A program made the position numbers and the translations under genes. Of a DNA stretch of 64,000 bases, positions 28,943 through 38,543 are shown one piece after another. How positions within the stretch are numbered: position 1 is the first letter of the stretch; every line of letters begins with the position of its first letter. The notes beneath the pieces are model-generated. The model worked only from the letters and a program-made list of their open reading frames with translations, did no database searches and was not told where the DNA came from. The stretch is taken from the IMG/VR virus record IMGVR_UViG_3300020172_001601, positions 124,001-188,000 of that record, one strand, 5' to 3'.

Positions 28943-29374
28943 ATGGGTAAGCATTTAGTATTTGTATATGGCACGTTGAAGCGTGGCTTTAGTCGTAGCA
29001 GTGCATTGCGTGAACAGCGTTATATTGGCATTGCACGAACAGAGCCTAAATATGGCATGTTTGGATATGGCGGGTTTCCGGCCCTGGTAGATGAAACATT
29101 GGCAGAGGCATCTGGCATAACCGCCAAAACTCGCATATTTGGCGAACTATACGAAGTCGATGATGCGTGTATGCAGGAACTCGATAAGATTGAAGGAACG
29201 GATCGAGGTTTATTTGAGCGACGTGATATTGCCTTGGGTGAAATCACCATGACAACTCTTCCAAGTGATGAGGCTGTTTGGGGTGGTTTGACTCGCAAAG
29301 TTGCCCAAGCATACTTCTTCAAAAAGAAGCTGGCTGGTGCTGGAGATTGCGGACCTCTTTGGGTCCAGAAGTAA
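28943..29374 (+). CDS. gamma-glutamylcyclotransferase (AIG2-like)
   Basis: VFVYGTLKRG, FPAL, GELYEV..LDKIEG. Confidence 0.9.
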   Translation: MGKHLVFVYGTLKRGFSRSSALREQRYIGIARTEPKYGMFGYGGFPALVDETLAEASGITAKTRIFGELYEVDDACMQELDKIEGTDRGLFERRDIALGEITMTTLPSDEAVWGGLTRKVAQAYFFKKKLAGAGDCGPLWVQK

Positions 29375-29419
29375 TTAGACTCTGATTTACAGCCCACAAT
29401 TTTTGTGGTAGAATCCGTC

Positions 29420-30004
29420 ATGAAGACTACAGAGGCGGTTCTACAAGGGCTGTTGAAATATGCCCGCTCTGAAATCCTAAAGGAATTCAGAGCGGACTCA
29501 TGTATCGCATCCACTGCCGTAGGGCTTGATATTCTCACGCACTACGGCATTCTTGCTGAACCTTTTCCCGTTCGCACGTTAATCTTCAACGAACCTTTTG
29601 CAAGCCGTCTTGAAAATGGTCAAGGCTGGCCTACCGGACAACAAGTTCGAGTCTGGACAGAAGAGGATGGTTCTTACAGCGTTGGCATTGGTGTTGGAAC
29701 TCAACAGCCCAATAAGTGGGCGGGGCATTTGGTTATATTGGTCGAGAAGCGATTCCTTCTTGATCTTTCAATTGACCAAGCGACTCGTCCTCAGTATAAC
29801 ATGCTGTTAGAGCCATTGTGTGTTGAAGTGGATGAACAATTTCTTTCTGGCTCGCCGAAAGTATTCAAAGCTGGACAATGCGTAGTCCGAGTTGATGCTT
29901 TGCTTGGCAATGAAGGATATACTTCTTCACCAGATTGGTTGTTCGCTGGACGTAGACGGAAGATAGTCGCTAACACCTTACGACTCATTCAGGGAGAATT
30001 GTGA
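29420..30004 (+). CDS. hypothetical protein
   Basis: ATG 5 nt after a -10 box; DSCIAST..WAGHLV pattern. Confidence 0.65.
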   Translation: MKTTEAVLQGLLKYARSEILKEFRADSCIASTAVGLDILTHYGILAEPFPVRTLIFNEPFASRLENGQGWPTGQQVRVWTEEDGSYSVGIGVGTQQPNKWAGHLVILVEKRFLLDLSIDQATRPQYNMLLEPLCVEVDEQFLSGSPKVFKAGQCVVRVDALLGNEGYTSSPDWLFAGRRRKIVANTLRLIQGEL

Positions 30005-30411
30005 TGGAACCGATTTATGTTTGGTCTTTGATGGGTGCGGTTATTGCCGTACTCACCGCAGCCTGCATCTATCTTGGTCGGTTGGTTCTTTCCCAACGAC
30101 ACAAACTCAAGACATTCACTACTGCTCGCAAGCAGTCGATGATGGATGATCTTGAACTTGCCACCAGCGAGCAATTGCTTAGTGAATTGCGAAAGCGTCC
30201 TGGTTCGCCTTACTTGATGTTGTCCCCTATTCAGGGTGAAGACCATCAGGGCCTCAGCATTGAGGTTCACAATATTCCTCCAGTTCCATGTCTTCAGATG
30301 TTGCACATGGCAACCAGCTTGACGTTTCATGAACTCAAGAAGCGTGGTGTCGAAATCCCTGATTTTCCAGGTGGCCCGGACCAAGAAGGCGAAGAGTGGA
30401 AGCAGGATTAA
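30001..30411 (+). CDS. hypothetical membrane protein
   Basis: N-terminal transmembrane helix. Confidence 0.65.
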   Translation: MMEPIYVWSLMGAVIAVLTAACIYLGRLVLSQRHKLKTFTTARKQSMMDDLELATSEQLLSELRKRPGSPYLMLSPIQGEDHQGLSIEVHNIPPVPCLQMLHMATSLTFHELKKRGVEIPDFPGGPDQEGEEWKQD

Positions 30412-30432
30412 GGATTTTTCAGGGAAGAGTGA

Positions 30433-30684
30433 GTGATGGATAGTGTAGAACAAAAAGTAAAACAAACGATTTGTGATTGTTTGTGCGTCGAGTTGGACGC
30501 CATAGAGGATAATTCAGTTAGGTTAAGCGAACTGGAAGCAGACTCGCTTGACTTACTTGACCTTGAGTTTCAACTCGATAAGCAATTCGACGGCAAGTTG
30601 ATTAACGAAATGACCGTCTCTGTGGAGACGACGATTCAAGACGTAATCAACTTTGTCAGGACGGAAATCGGGCCGGTAGCTTAG
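30433..30684 (+). CDS. acpP: acyl carrier protein
   Basis: acidic 83 aa protein with the EADSLDLLDL phosphopantetheine site. Confidence 0.85.
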   Translation: MMDSVEQKVKQTICDCLCVELDAIEDNSVRLSELEADSLDLLDLEFQLDKQFDGKLINEMTVSVETTIQDVINFVRTEIGPVA

Positions 30685-30742
30685 TGACTAAAGCAGCTTG
30701 CTCATAACGAGTTGATCGTGGGTTTGAGTCCCACCCGGCCCA
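30670..30742 (+). tRNA. tRNA with anticodon CAT (probably Ile2), possibly degenerate
   Basis: GGGCCGG/CCGGCCC acceptor, GCTT/AAGC D stem, loop CTCATAA, GTGGG/CCCAC T stem; D-loop GG and TTC altered; no encoded CCA. Confidence 0.75.
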
Positions 30743-30756
30743 CTAGGAAAAATAAA

Positions 30757-30951
30757 ATGAAGCCAGCCGAAAGGGAAGTTTATAACAACCTGCCGTGGTG
30801 GATCAACGTCAGCAAATACTTCCAGGTTGGCGAAGGTTTCACTGGCCATCGGTGGCGGCTGAGTTACGACGACACCTTTATTGCGGATTTCGATCATGAG
30901 CCAACAATGAGTGAGTGCATGAAAGCCCTCATGGAATGGTGGAATGATTGA
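30757..30951 (+). CDS. hypothetical protein
   Basis: short ORF coupled to the next gene. Confidence 0.55.
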   Translation: MKPAEREVYNNLPWWINVSKYFQVGEGFTGHRWRLSYDDTFIADFDHEPTMSECMKALMEWWND

Positions 30952-31361
30952 ACCCGAACGAGCGCTGTACTATGGCGATTAAAGAAGACGTTCTTGGCTA
31001 CTTGCAAGTCCTGAACTCACCAGAGGTCTTGGCACGTCTCACTGCTGAAGAACAGCGGATTGGTCGTGCCAACCTCTTCGGCTGCTTCTCCAGGCTCATG
31101 GAAGTCTTGGAGAAGGACGTGATGAATACCGATCATCGTGTCATGTATATGCGAATTCAACATCGGGAATATTTGAACGCCTATAGGATGCTGCCAGTTG
31201 GCCATCCTGAGCTTGTTGCTGCTACTGAAGAAACCGCCTCGATGCTCTTTGAGTATCTGAGAGGCAACTATCTCAGCCCGACCATCAAGCAAAAATTTCT
31301 CAACCAACTGGACGAGGCACTCACCAAAATTTTGGAAAATCAAAAATGGCAAACTCAGTAA
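30948..31361 (+). CDS. hypothetical protein
   Basis: 137 aa ORF. Confidence 0.6.
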   Translation: MNPNERCTMAIKEDVLGYLQVLNSPEVLARLTAEEQRIGRANLFGCFSRLMEVLEKDVMNTDHRVMYMRIQHREYLNAYRMLPVGHPELVAATEETASMLFEYLRGNYLSPTIKQKFLNQLDEALTKILENQKWQTQ

Positions 31362-31528
31362 CGTGGGTTATACCTTTGACGATAACGGTTTCAATTGGAG
31401 AACCCCAAGCTGTTGTTCGTCAACCTGATCGGTCACAAATCGAATTTGAACAAGCCAAGAGGCGATTTCAAAATCAACTGACTACTCAACTCGATGAAAT
31501 CGTGGAGAAGACATGCGAGCGCTCATAA
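31346..31528 (+). CDS. hypothetical protein
   Basis: 60 aa ORF filling the gap in an operon. Confidence 0.5.
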   Translation: MANSVTWVIPLTITVSIGEPQAVVRQPDRSQIEFEQAKRRFQNQLTTQLDEIVEKTCERS

Positions 31529-31890
31529 TTGATGAAACGGCAAAAGACGCCATTGCCGCCGTCTGTGAATATGCAGACGAAAATCGCATCGACTTCAAAG
31601 AAATTCAGGCCAGATTCTCCATCCCTGATGGATATTCGCCAATTGGCGATGACCCAAATCATTGTTGTTATTTGGTTGATGGCTTCAAGTGTGTTTTCAG
31701 CATTGAAGAACAGCCTTGCGGCTGGACCCGACATCTTTCAATATCGGTGGCGGCTATTGACAAAATGCCGCATATTGAGGCAGTCAAACTACTTATGCCC
31801 GAATTTGGCATCGAGAAGCCCATAGATGAATGCCACATCTATATCGAGGACTCGAATCCGAAATCAATCAATATTATTTGTCCGATATAG
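31513..31890 (+). CDS. hypothetical protein
   Basis: GGAG SD; RHLSIS motif. Confidence 0.65.
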   Translation: MRALIIDETAKDAIAAVCEYADENRIDFKEIQARFSIPDGYSPIGDDPNHCCYLVDGFKCVFSIEEQPCGWTRHLSISVAAIDKMPHIEAVKLLMPEFGIEKPIDECHIYIEDSNPKSINIICPI

Positions 31891-31953
31891 TCTGGATCGA
31901 GCTTTACAGCCCGGATATAATCCACCCTATCATTCCGATAGGAGGTATATCCA

Positions 31954-32901
31954 ATGGTCCAGGTTACTGAGGAGACACAACAGCGAGCGGAAAAGCTGTT
32001 GGAGGCAACACTGCGAGTATTCTATCATCCGACGTTTGATGAACTCAAACAAAGGAAGAATATCCTGGCAGATATACCCGGTCACGATAAGTTTCAAAAA
32101 GACGGCGAAAAGGTTCATAAGCTACGAACCAGCAAGATTGCACCAGAAATGCGACCTTGTTACGAAGCCCCGTTGTTGAACTTCGAGCAGGAACAACATT
32201 TGTTCCGCAAAATGAATTACTTCAAGTATCGTGCGAAGAAGTTAATGGAAGGGATGAACCCGAAGAGGGTCGGTGAAAAGCGAGTCAAAAATATTGAGGA
32301 ACACTTGGCCATTGCCGCTGCGATCCGCAATCAAATTGCGGAATCGAACTTCCGGCTTGCCACTCAAATCCTCAAGGGGCAGATTACTTTTTACCGTGAA
32401 CACAGTTTGACAGATGCGCTGCTCAGTGATGCGTATTTTGACGTACTGAAGGCCGTTGACTACTTCGATTGGACGAAGGGCTATCGGTTCAGCACATATG
32501 CGACCTGGGTGGTAAAGAAGAACTTCTTCCGAGACTCCAAGCAGAAGATCACATACGCCGAGAGATTCACCTATCTGGATGACTCTCGTGCTGAAATGCT
32601 CAACTCAAGGGGCGAAGGATACCAAGAAGAGAAAGAATACACAGACCGACAGCAGTTGGTCAAGAAGTTGTTGAAATTATTGTCCGAAGGCGACGACAGC
32701 ACTGATCGCAGCCGACAGGTTCGTGTGCTAGAACACTACTTCGGGGTCAATGGCACCAACCGACAAACACTGGAGCAGATCAGCGAAGAGATTGGCGTCA
32801 CTAAGGAACGGGTGCGACAACTCAAAGAAAAAGGTTTGCTTTGGATTAAGCAAAAAGTTGAAGAGTTAGGAATTCAGTATGAAGACGAAAGTGATGGATA
32901 A
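31954..32901 (+). CDS. sigma-70 family RNA polymerase sigma factor
   Basis: region 2 LKAVDYFDWTKGYRFSTYATW; region 4 TLEQISEEIGVTKERVRQL. Confidence 0.92.
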   Translation: MVQVTEETQQRAEKLLEATLRVFYHPTFDELKQRKNILADIPGHDKFQKDGEKVHKLRTSKIAPEMRPCYEAPLLNFEQEQHLFRKMNYFKYRAKKLMEGMNPKRVGEKRVKNIEEHLAIAAAIRNQIAESNFRLATQILKGQITFYREHSLTDALLSDAYFDVLKAVDYFDWTKGYRFSTYATWVVKKNFFRDSKQKITYAERFTYLDDSRAEMLNSRGEGYQEEKEYTDRQQLVKKLLKLLSEGDDSTDRSRQVRVLEHYFGVNGTNRQTLEQISEEIGVTKERVRQLKEKGLLWIKQKVEELGIQYEDESDG

Positions 32902-33454
32902 AAACGAAAACGCCAAGCAGTTGGCATACGAAGCCCATGAAGGGCAGTTTAGAAAATATACGGGTGAACCATACATCGTTCACCCGGAGCAAGTCCATGA
33001 TAAAGTGACTTTCTTTTGTCTTGATAGAGGCTTGCCCGAAGAAAAAAAGAATTTAATGCAACGTGCCGCATGGTTGCACGACGTAAAAGAAGATTGCCCG
33101 CAAATCAGCGATGAGCGTATTGTCGGTGAAACCGATGAAGAAACGCTTAAACTGGTTCTCGAACTAACAAATCCATCGAAAGGATCAAAAGAGCCACGGG
33201 CAGTACGAAAGAAGATGGATCGTGACCATTTGGCTGTTGTTTCTTGGGAAGCCAAAGTCATCAAACTTTGTGACCGCATCTTAAATCTTCTTGATCTGAA
33301 AATGAATGCTCGTTTGCCTAACGGCCCACCAAAAGATTTTCTTGCTCTTTATGCCAAGGAGAGTCGGGCGCTTTTGGAAGCTCTTGAAGGCACAGACGAA
33401 ATGTTGGAGCTTGAGTTGGTGGTTAGGATCACAAGCATTGAAGAAATGAAATGA
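32894..33454 (+). CDS. HD-domain protein, (p)ppGpp hydrolase/Mesh1-like
   Basis: AHEGQFRKYTGEPYIVHP, AAWLHDVKED, IKLCDRILNL. Confidence 0.85.
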   Translation: MDKNENAKQLAYEAHEGQFRKYTGEPYIVHPEQVHDKVTFFCLDRGLPEEKKNLMQRAAWLHDVKEDCPQISDERIVGETDEETLKLVLELTNPSKGSKEPRAVRKKMDRDHLAVVSWEAKVIKLCDRILNLLDLKMNARLPNGPPKDFLALYAKESRALLEALEGTDEMLELELVVRITSIEEMK

Positions 33455-33458
33455 GATT

Positions 33459-34511
33459 GTGGAGCAAGTAATGACTCTAAATGAGAGTTCTCGGTACAAG
33501 TTGAACCCATTCAACCACGAACCGAGAATTCAACTCATTGATGGCGACAGCAATTTGATTCAAATGATTAGCCAAATTGAGGCTTTTCATTTGCTGCGCC
33601 ACGGCTTTTGCGAATTGCTTATGGTCAAGCCGCCGACCTTGCAATTTCAATTGGATCGCAAGGATTGGGATGTTCGCTTTATGCGACTGAAGCCGCCTCG
33701 TTGGTTTCGAGATAGTGGTCGCTATCTTGAGGCCCGCAAGAGCATCATGTATGGCAACTATCACATTCAGTCACCCGAAGGCCATGAAATGTTCCACTGC
33801 AATGCTCAGAAGGCATTGTGGTATTTGAATCGAGATATTGCCGATGTTGTTAGCGATAATCCTCCTACGCTTCGATTGAAGTTCGTGCCGGGTGGCCCAG
33901 GCCATGTTGGGGACGCTTACTATCTCACTGAGAAGTTGAATCGTTGCGTGGTATGTGCTAGTGAGCGAAACTTGAATCGCCACCACGTTATGCCTCGTGT
34001 ATTTCGTAAGCATTTACCAGAGTCCATTAAGGACCATAACTATCACGACGTATTGCTCATGTGTATTGATTGTCACGAGCGATACGAAGAAGAGGCTGAT
34101 AAACTCAAGCAGCAAATCTGTAGAGAGTTGGAATTCGACATCAACAATGGAGCAGGCCAAATCTACTTGCCGGAGATCGGCAATGCAGTGAAGGCCGCTC
34201 GTGCTTTGTTCCATTATGAAAAAGTAATTCCAGAGCCTCGTAAGTCTATGTTGCTCAATACTCTGCGAGAGTATTTGAAGAAAGACGAGATCACTCCTGA
34301 AGACCTCAAGGAAGTGTCCTCGCATTTTTCTTGGCATCGTCCAGATGGATACAAGGGTTATGGTGAGTTCGTTATCAGCAAGATCGGCGACATTCAAGAG
34401 TTTACCGAGCGATGGCGTCAGCACTTTATTGATGTGATGAAGCCGAAGCATTTGCCAACTTATTGGGACGTTAAGAAGCCGCTGGTTCGAGATCGGGTTA
34501 GATCAAAATGA
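33459..34511 (+). CDS. HNH-like protein resembling the C-terminal domain of EXD2
   Basis: YGNYHIQSPEG..KALWYL..RLKFVP..YYL..NRCVVC..RHHVMP..KDHNYHDVLLMCIDCH. Confidence 0.75.
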   Translation: MEQVMTLNESSRYKLNPFNHEPRIQLIDGDSNLIQMISQIEAFHLLRHGFCELLMVKPPTLQFQLDRKDWDVRFMRLKPPRWFRDSGRYLEARKSIMYGNYHIQSPEGHEMFHCNAQKALWYLNRDIADVVSDNPPTLRLKFVPGGPGHVGDAYYLTEKLNRCVVCASERNLNRHHVMPRVFRKHLPESIKDHNYHDVLLMCIDCHERYEEEADKLKQQICRELEFDINNGAGQIYLPEIGNAVKAARALFHYEKVIPEPRKSMLLNTLREYLKKDEITPEDLKEVSSHFSWHRPDGYKGYGEFVISKIGDIQEFTERWRQHFIDVMKPKHLPTYWDVKKPLVRDRVRSK

Positions 34512-34756
34512 AAAAAGATATAACTGGATTGGTCGAAGGCATCATTTGCTATGACGCCAATTTGACTATTGCCGAAGTTGAGGCCGAGTGGAAAAGAATT
34601 GGATTGGGCAAATTCATTCCTGACAGCAGGTTGTCGGGAGTTCTTTTGTTTTTTGCCTCGAACGAAGACATTGTGCTTTGCCAGAGAAAAATCCGGGATG
34701 GCGACACCGAATTATTCACGACGGTCGGCCTGAACCGCAAAGTTAAAATGTGCTGA
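34508..34756 (+). CDS. hypothetical protein
   Basis: ATGA overlap. Confidence 0.6.
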   Translation: MKKDITGLVEGIICYDANLTIAEVEAEWKRIGLGKFIPDSRLSGVLLFFASNEDIVLCQRKIRDGDTELFTTVGLNRKVKMC

Positions 34757-34763
34757 GGTTGAA

Positions 34764-35192
34764 ATGAGATTGTGGTCTTTGAATCCTGCTCTTTTAGACC
34801 CCAAAGGGCTTGTCGCATTGTGGCGAGAAGGGCTGCTGGCTCAAAATGTTTTGATGAACAAAACAAAGGGCTATAAGTTTCATCCTCAATTGGAACGATT
34901 CAAAAGAACAAATAATCCAGTGGCTTCGATTGATTTGTATTTAAGTTATGTTTTGGAAGAGTCCAGAAATAGAGGTTATTCATTCAACGCCTCTAAATTG
35001 AGTGCGAATGACACACAGCCTAAAATAGAAGTGACCATTGGACAAATGCTTTACGAGATAGAGCATTTGAAAAACAAGTTAAGACTTCGTAATGAGAAGT
35101 TTCTTGACAAGATACCGAGTGCATTGGCCGATTGCGTTCATCCAATTTTTCAGTTGGTTCCTGGCGACGTAGAACCCTGGGAAAAGGTTTGA
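34764..35192 (+). CDS. pyrimidine dimer DNA glycosylase / endonuclease V family
   Basis: MRLWSL..LDPKGLVALWREGLLAQ..KGYKFHPQLERF. Confidence 0.9.
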   Translation: MRLWSLNPALLDPKGLVALWREGLLAQNVLMNKTKGYKFHPQLERFKRTNNPVASIDLYLSYVLEESRNRGYSFNASKLSANDTQPKIEVTIGQMLYEIEHLKNKLRLRNEKFLDKIPSALADCVHPIFQLVPGDVEPWEKV

Positions 35193-35230
35193 GTTTTACG
35201 TTTTGACGTTTTTGTGGTATGGTTAGTATC

Positions 35231-35890
35231 ATGAGCCATTTTCACAAATATCCTCGAACGTATCATCTGCCGTGGAGTCCTGGTGGGACTTCTGATGATC
35301 GCACATTGCCCAATGTGAAGCACTTCGAGGGTTTGGAAATCGTCGTCACGGAGAAGTTGGACGGAGAAAACACGTCCATGTACTCCGATCACATTCACGC
35401 ACGATCTCTTGATTCCAAGCACCATCCTTCTCGAACTTGGGTCAAGGTGTTGCACGGCCAGTTAAGTCATGAACTTCCTCCTGGTTGGAGGATTTGTGGC
35501 GAAAACGTGTATGCCTTGCATTCAATTCAATACACCAAGCTGGAAGGCTATTTCTACGTTTTCGGAATATACGACGACAAGAATCAATGCTTGTCGTGGG
35601 ACGAAACTGTGGAATATGCAACCATGCTCAATCTGCCGGTTGCCCCGGTCCTATATCGTGGGCCTTGGAATGAGGCAAAGGTCAAAGCCTGCTGGACAGG
35701 CATTTCTACTGCATCCCCAGGCGATCAACAGGAAGGCTATGTTCTGCGAGTGGCGCAGACATTCCCGTATGACGCTCAAGATGATGGGCTATTTTCACAA
35801 TACACTGCCAAATATGTCCGGGCCGAGCATGTCCAGACTGATGAGCATTGGCTTGAAAAGCCCGTGGTGCCGAACTTGCTAAGGAAATAA
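35231..35890 (+). CDS. RNA ligase family protein (Rnl2-like adenylation domain)
   Basis: KYPRTYHLPWSPG, TEKLDGEN, ICGEN, EGYVLR, AKYVR. Confidence 0.85.
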   Translation: MSHFHKYPRTYHLPWSPGGTSDDRTLPNVKHFEGLEIVVTEKLDGENTSMYSDHIHARSLDSKHHPSRTWVKVLHGQLSHELPPGWRICGENVYALHSIQYTKLEGYFYVFGIYDDKNQCLSWDETVEYATMLNLPVAPVLYRGPWNEAKVKACWTGISTASPGDQQEGYVLRVAQTFPYDAQDDGLFSQYTAKYVRAEHVQTDEHWLEKPVVPNLLRK

Positions 35891-35891
35891 C

Positions 35892-36266
35892 ATGGGAGTA
35901 GCTGCAACTCATTACGTTGTATTGGGCGTTGCCATTACCAACGAAGCCCAGGTCAAGGAATTCTTTCGCATCAATGAAGAACACCTTGAATTCATGGATG
36001 GCTACGACGACAACGGATACAAGGAAGAGATCACTCCCAACGAAAGCGGCATCCACGTTATTGTGGACGGCATGAGCGGCAAATACGTTGTCGTTGGCAA
36101 GATATTGGCCAAGGGCATTGACGGTGGGCTGGAGTTTACCAAAGTGTCTGATATTGCCCGCCAATACAGGAAATTCTACCAAGAAGTTCTCAAGCTGGAT
36201 CAGGTATTGGGGACGAAGTTTGGTGGGCTGGATGCCGAAGTGATTGTTTTTACACATTGGCATTGA
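35892..36266 (+). CDS. hypothetical protein
   Basis: 124 aa ORF. Confidence 0.65.
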   Translation: MGVAATHYVVLGVAITNEAQVKEFFRINEEHLEFMDGYDDNGYKEEITPNESGIHVIVDGMSGKYVVVGKILAKGIDGGLEFTKVSDIARQYRKFYQEVLKLDQVLGTKFGGLDAEVIVFTHWH

Positions 36267-36309
36267 ACCAAACGGCAAGTTCCCTCTCTAGGTTGTCAGG
36301 AGACAAATC

Positions 36310-36768
36310 ATGAGTGCCTTGATCGAGTATGTTCAGAATCACACAGATCGCAGCGTATGTCGTTGCGGCAAGTGCATTGACGCAGGCGAGAATAAGCCTG
36401 TGGAAAAAAGCCAATGGGACGTGGTTGAACTTGTTGAACCGCCACATACGGTCAATATGTTCTTCTTCGACGTGTCCGCAGTCGGCAACCCTACCGCTGA
36501 AGAGTTTGTTCGTCTGACGAATGAGCATAAAGGCGCATTCTGTGATGCCGATCCGCTGGACGGTGGCGAACACGGATATATGGAGTTGGGCGGGTGGATC
36601 GGGGACCAAGGACTTGCCATGCAATATATGGCCCTTGGGAAAATACTCGGTCTGTGGCAAGTCATGCACCCCGGCATGATTCTGGATGTGAACGATCCGG
36701 CTCAGAAGCAAATGGCCGATCAGATGGCCGGAGCCGGGATGGTGTCGATCCTGGGTAAGCAGTCTTGA
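36310..36768 (+). CDS. hypothetical protein
   Basis: AGGAG SD. Confidence 0.7.
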   Translation: MSALIEYVQNHTDRSVCRCGKCIDAGENKPVEKSQWDVVELVEPPHTVNMFFFDVSAVGNPTAEEFVRLTNEHKGAFCDADPLDGGEHGYMELGGWIGDQGLAMQYMALGKILGLWQVMHPGMILDVNDPAQKQMADQMAGAGMVSILGKQS

Positions 36769-36913
36769 CTTTACAATCAGACTTTTTCGTGGTAAAAATA
36801 TCCACGTCAAAAGCCGGATATTCGATATATTCGGCTAAAGTCTGATTGTGGTCTGCCGATATAACTTTCACCAGCAACTACAAACTACTTTCACCGAACT
36901 AGGAACCACTTAT

Positions 36914-38539
36914 ATGTCGAAGAAACTTGGAAAATCTGCCTATCCTGCTGGTCATGGCCCGAATGACTTTCAATGCTTCGGCCCGCCTGCTCTTGAAGAT
37001 GGCAACTTCGACACCTGCAAGATCGCCGATATGGGATCATTCTCGCAGGAAGAAAAGGACTCCAACAAGTATTACCACGCCTCTGTGGTGAAGTCCAAAA
37101 TCAGTGGCACTTTCTACACCTACTTCGAGTGGGGCCGAGTCGGTGCTTCTTCGCCTCAATTCCAAATGATTGAGTGTGCCAACGAAGCTGAAGCGCAGCG
37201 TGAATTCGCCGCTCAGTGTCATGAGAAGAACGACAAGCGTGGCGTATGGTCCACGGTTGCTGGCCTTCGCACTCTCACCGCCAAGCCGGGCAAAGACGTG
37301 TATCTGGTTCGTCAGTTGACGACCCGCAGCACTGGTCTGCCTGATGCCAAAACCATCAAGTATGTCGATCCCAATACTCCGAAGAAGCCTGATCCTAAAG
37401 CGGCTTCCGGTTCTGCTGGCGTTGTGAAGTCGGCTGCAAAGAAGGCTGATACTCACACCAGTCGATTGCTACAAGACCTGATTGGTGGAACGATCAAATA
37501 CACCCGTTCGGCGATGGCCGACAATAGCCTACCTACGCAGACGGCTATTGACCAAGCCCGCACCATTCTCACCGAGGCTCAGAAGCGTGTTGGCACTGTG
37601 GGTGATGACTTAGACGACCAGATTGGCGACAAAGAACTTCGGGTATATTCGTCCGAATTGTATCGTCGCATTCCGAAGGTCAAGGCAGTCGGTACGCCGG
37701 ACAGCGTGTGGATTCTGAGCGGCAACAATATCCTTTCCTGGCAACAGGACTTGGATGCCTTCGAGTCGGCATTGACTGGCCAAGCCCAAGTCGAAACTGA
37801 CAGTGAAACCGATCCGTTCCACGGTCTGCCTCTTCACATGGAGTGGATCGACCCCAAGAGCGATCTTGGCAAATTCCTCACCTTCTGGTGGCCGAAGGCG
37901 ACGGCAAATCGTCACGGTCATATTGGGACGATGAAGATCAAGAATCTGTGGAAGGTGGATCGTCACGGTGATGACGAGAAGTTCACCAAGACGCAGGATA
38001 AGATTTATTCCGAAATCGGCGGGGCCAAGATCAGCGAACGTCCGCTGTTCCAGCCTAGCGAACGACATGACGTTGACCCTAAGCGTCGTGAAGTATTCAG
38101 TGGTTCCAATACAGCCTTGTTGTTCCACGGAACTCGCTCCGTCAACGTGAAGGGCATTTTGGAGAAGTCACTGTTGCTTCCGAAGCAACTGGTCGGTGTC
38201 GCCATCAATGGTGCTATGTTCGGGCCGGGACTGTATTGGGCTGATGACTGGAAGAAGTCGGCGGGATATACGTCTCTCCGTGGCTCGATCTGGTCGGGTG
38301 GTGGCGGTTCGGTTGCAGGTCGTGCAGCGTTCATGTTCGCTGCTGACGTGACTGTTGGCGAGCCTCACGTTGCTCCTGGGCCTCGTGGTTATACTGCCCC
38401 GCCGAAGGGTACTCACTGTATCTTTGGTATGGGTCGCAACCACGGCAAGAAGCAATACAGTGGCGTCGAGAACAACGAATGGATCGTGTTCCAGAATACA
38501 CAAAGCCGTCTCAAATACCTTTGTGAATTTGAGACGTAA
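36914..38539 (+). CDS. poly(ADP-ribose) polymerase-like protein (WGR, regulatory and catalytic domains)
   Basis: FEWGRVG; SSELYRRIP; LLFHGT..GAMFGPGLYWAD..KSAGY..NNEWIVF (H-Y-E triad). Confidence 0.9.
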   Translation: MSKKLGKSAYPAGHGPNDFQCFGPPALEDGNFDTCKIADMGSFSQEEKDSNKYYHASVVKSKISGTFYTYFEWGRVGASSPQFQMIECANEAEAQREFAAQCHEKNDKRGVWSTVAGLRTLTAKPGKDVYLVRQLTTRSTGLPDAKTIKYVDPNTPKKPDPKAASGSAGVVKSAAKKADTHTSRLLQDLIGGTIKYTRSAMADNSLPTQTAIDQARTILTEAQKRVGTVGDDLDDQIGDKELRVYSSELYRRIPKVKAVGTPDSVWILSGNNILSWQQDLDAFESALTGQAQVETDSETDPFHGLPLHMEWIDPKSDLGKFLTFWWPKATANRHGHIGTMKIKNLWKVDRHGDDEKFTKTQDKIYSEIGGAKISERPLFQPSERHDVDPKRREVFSGSNTALLFHGTRSVNVKGILEKSLLLPKQLVGVAINGAMFGPGLYWADDWKKSAGYTSLRGSIWSGGGGSVAGRAAFMFAADVTVGEPHVAPGPRGYTAPPKGTHCIFGMGRNHGKKQYSGVENNEWIVFQNTQSRLKYLCEFET

Positions 38540-38543
38540 GAGC

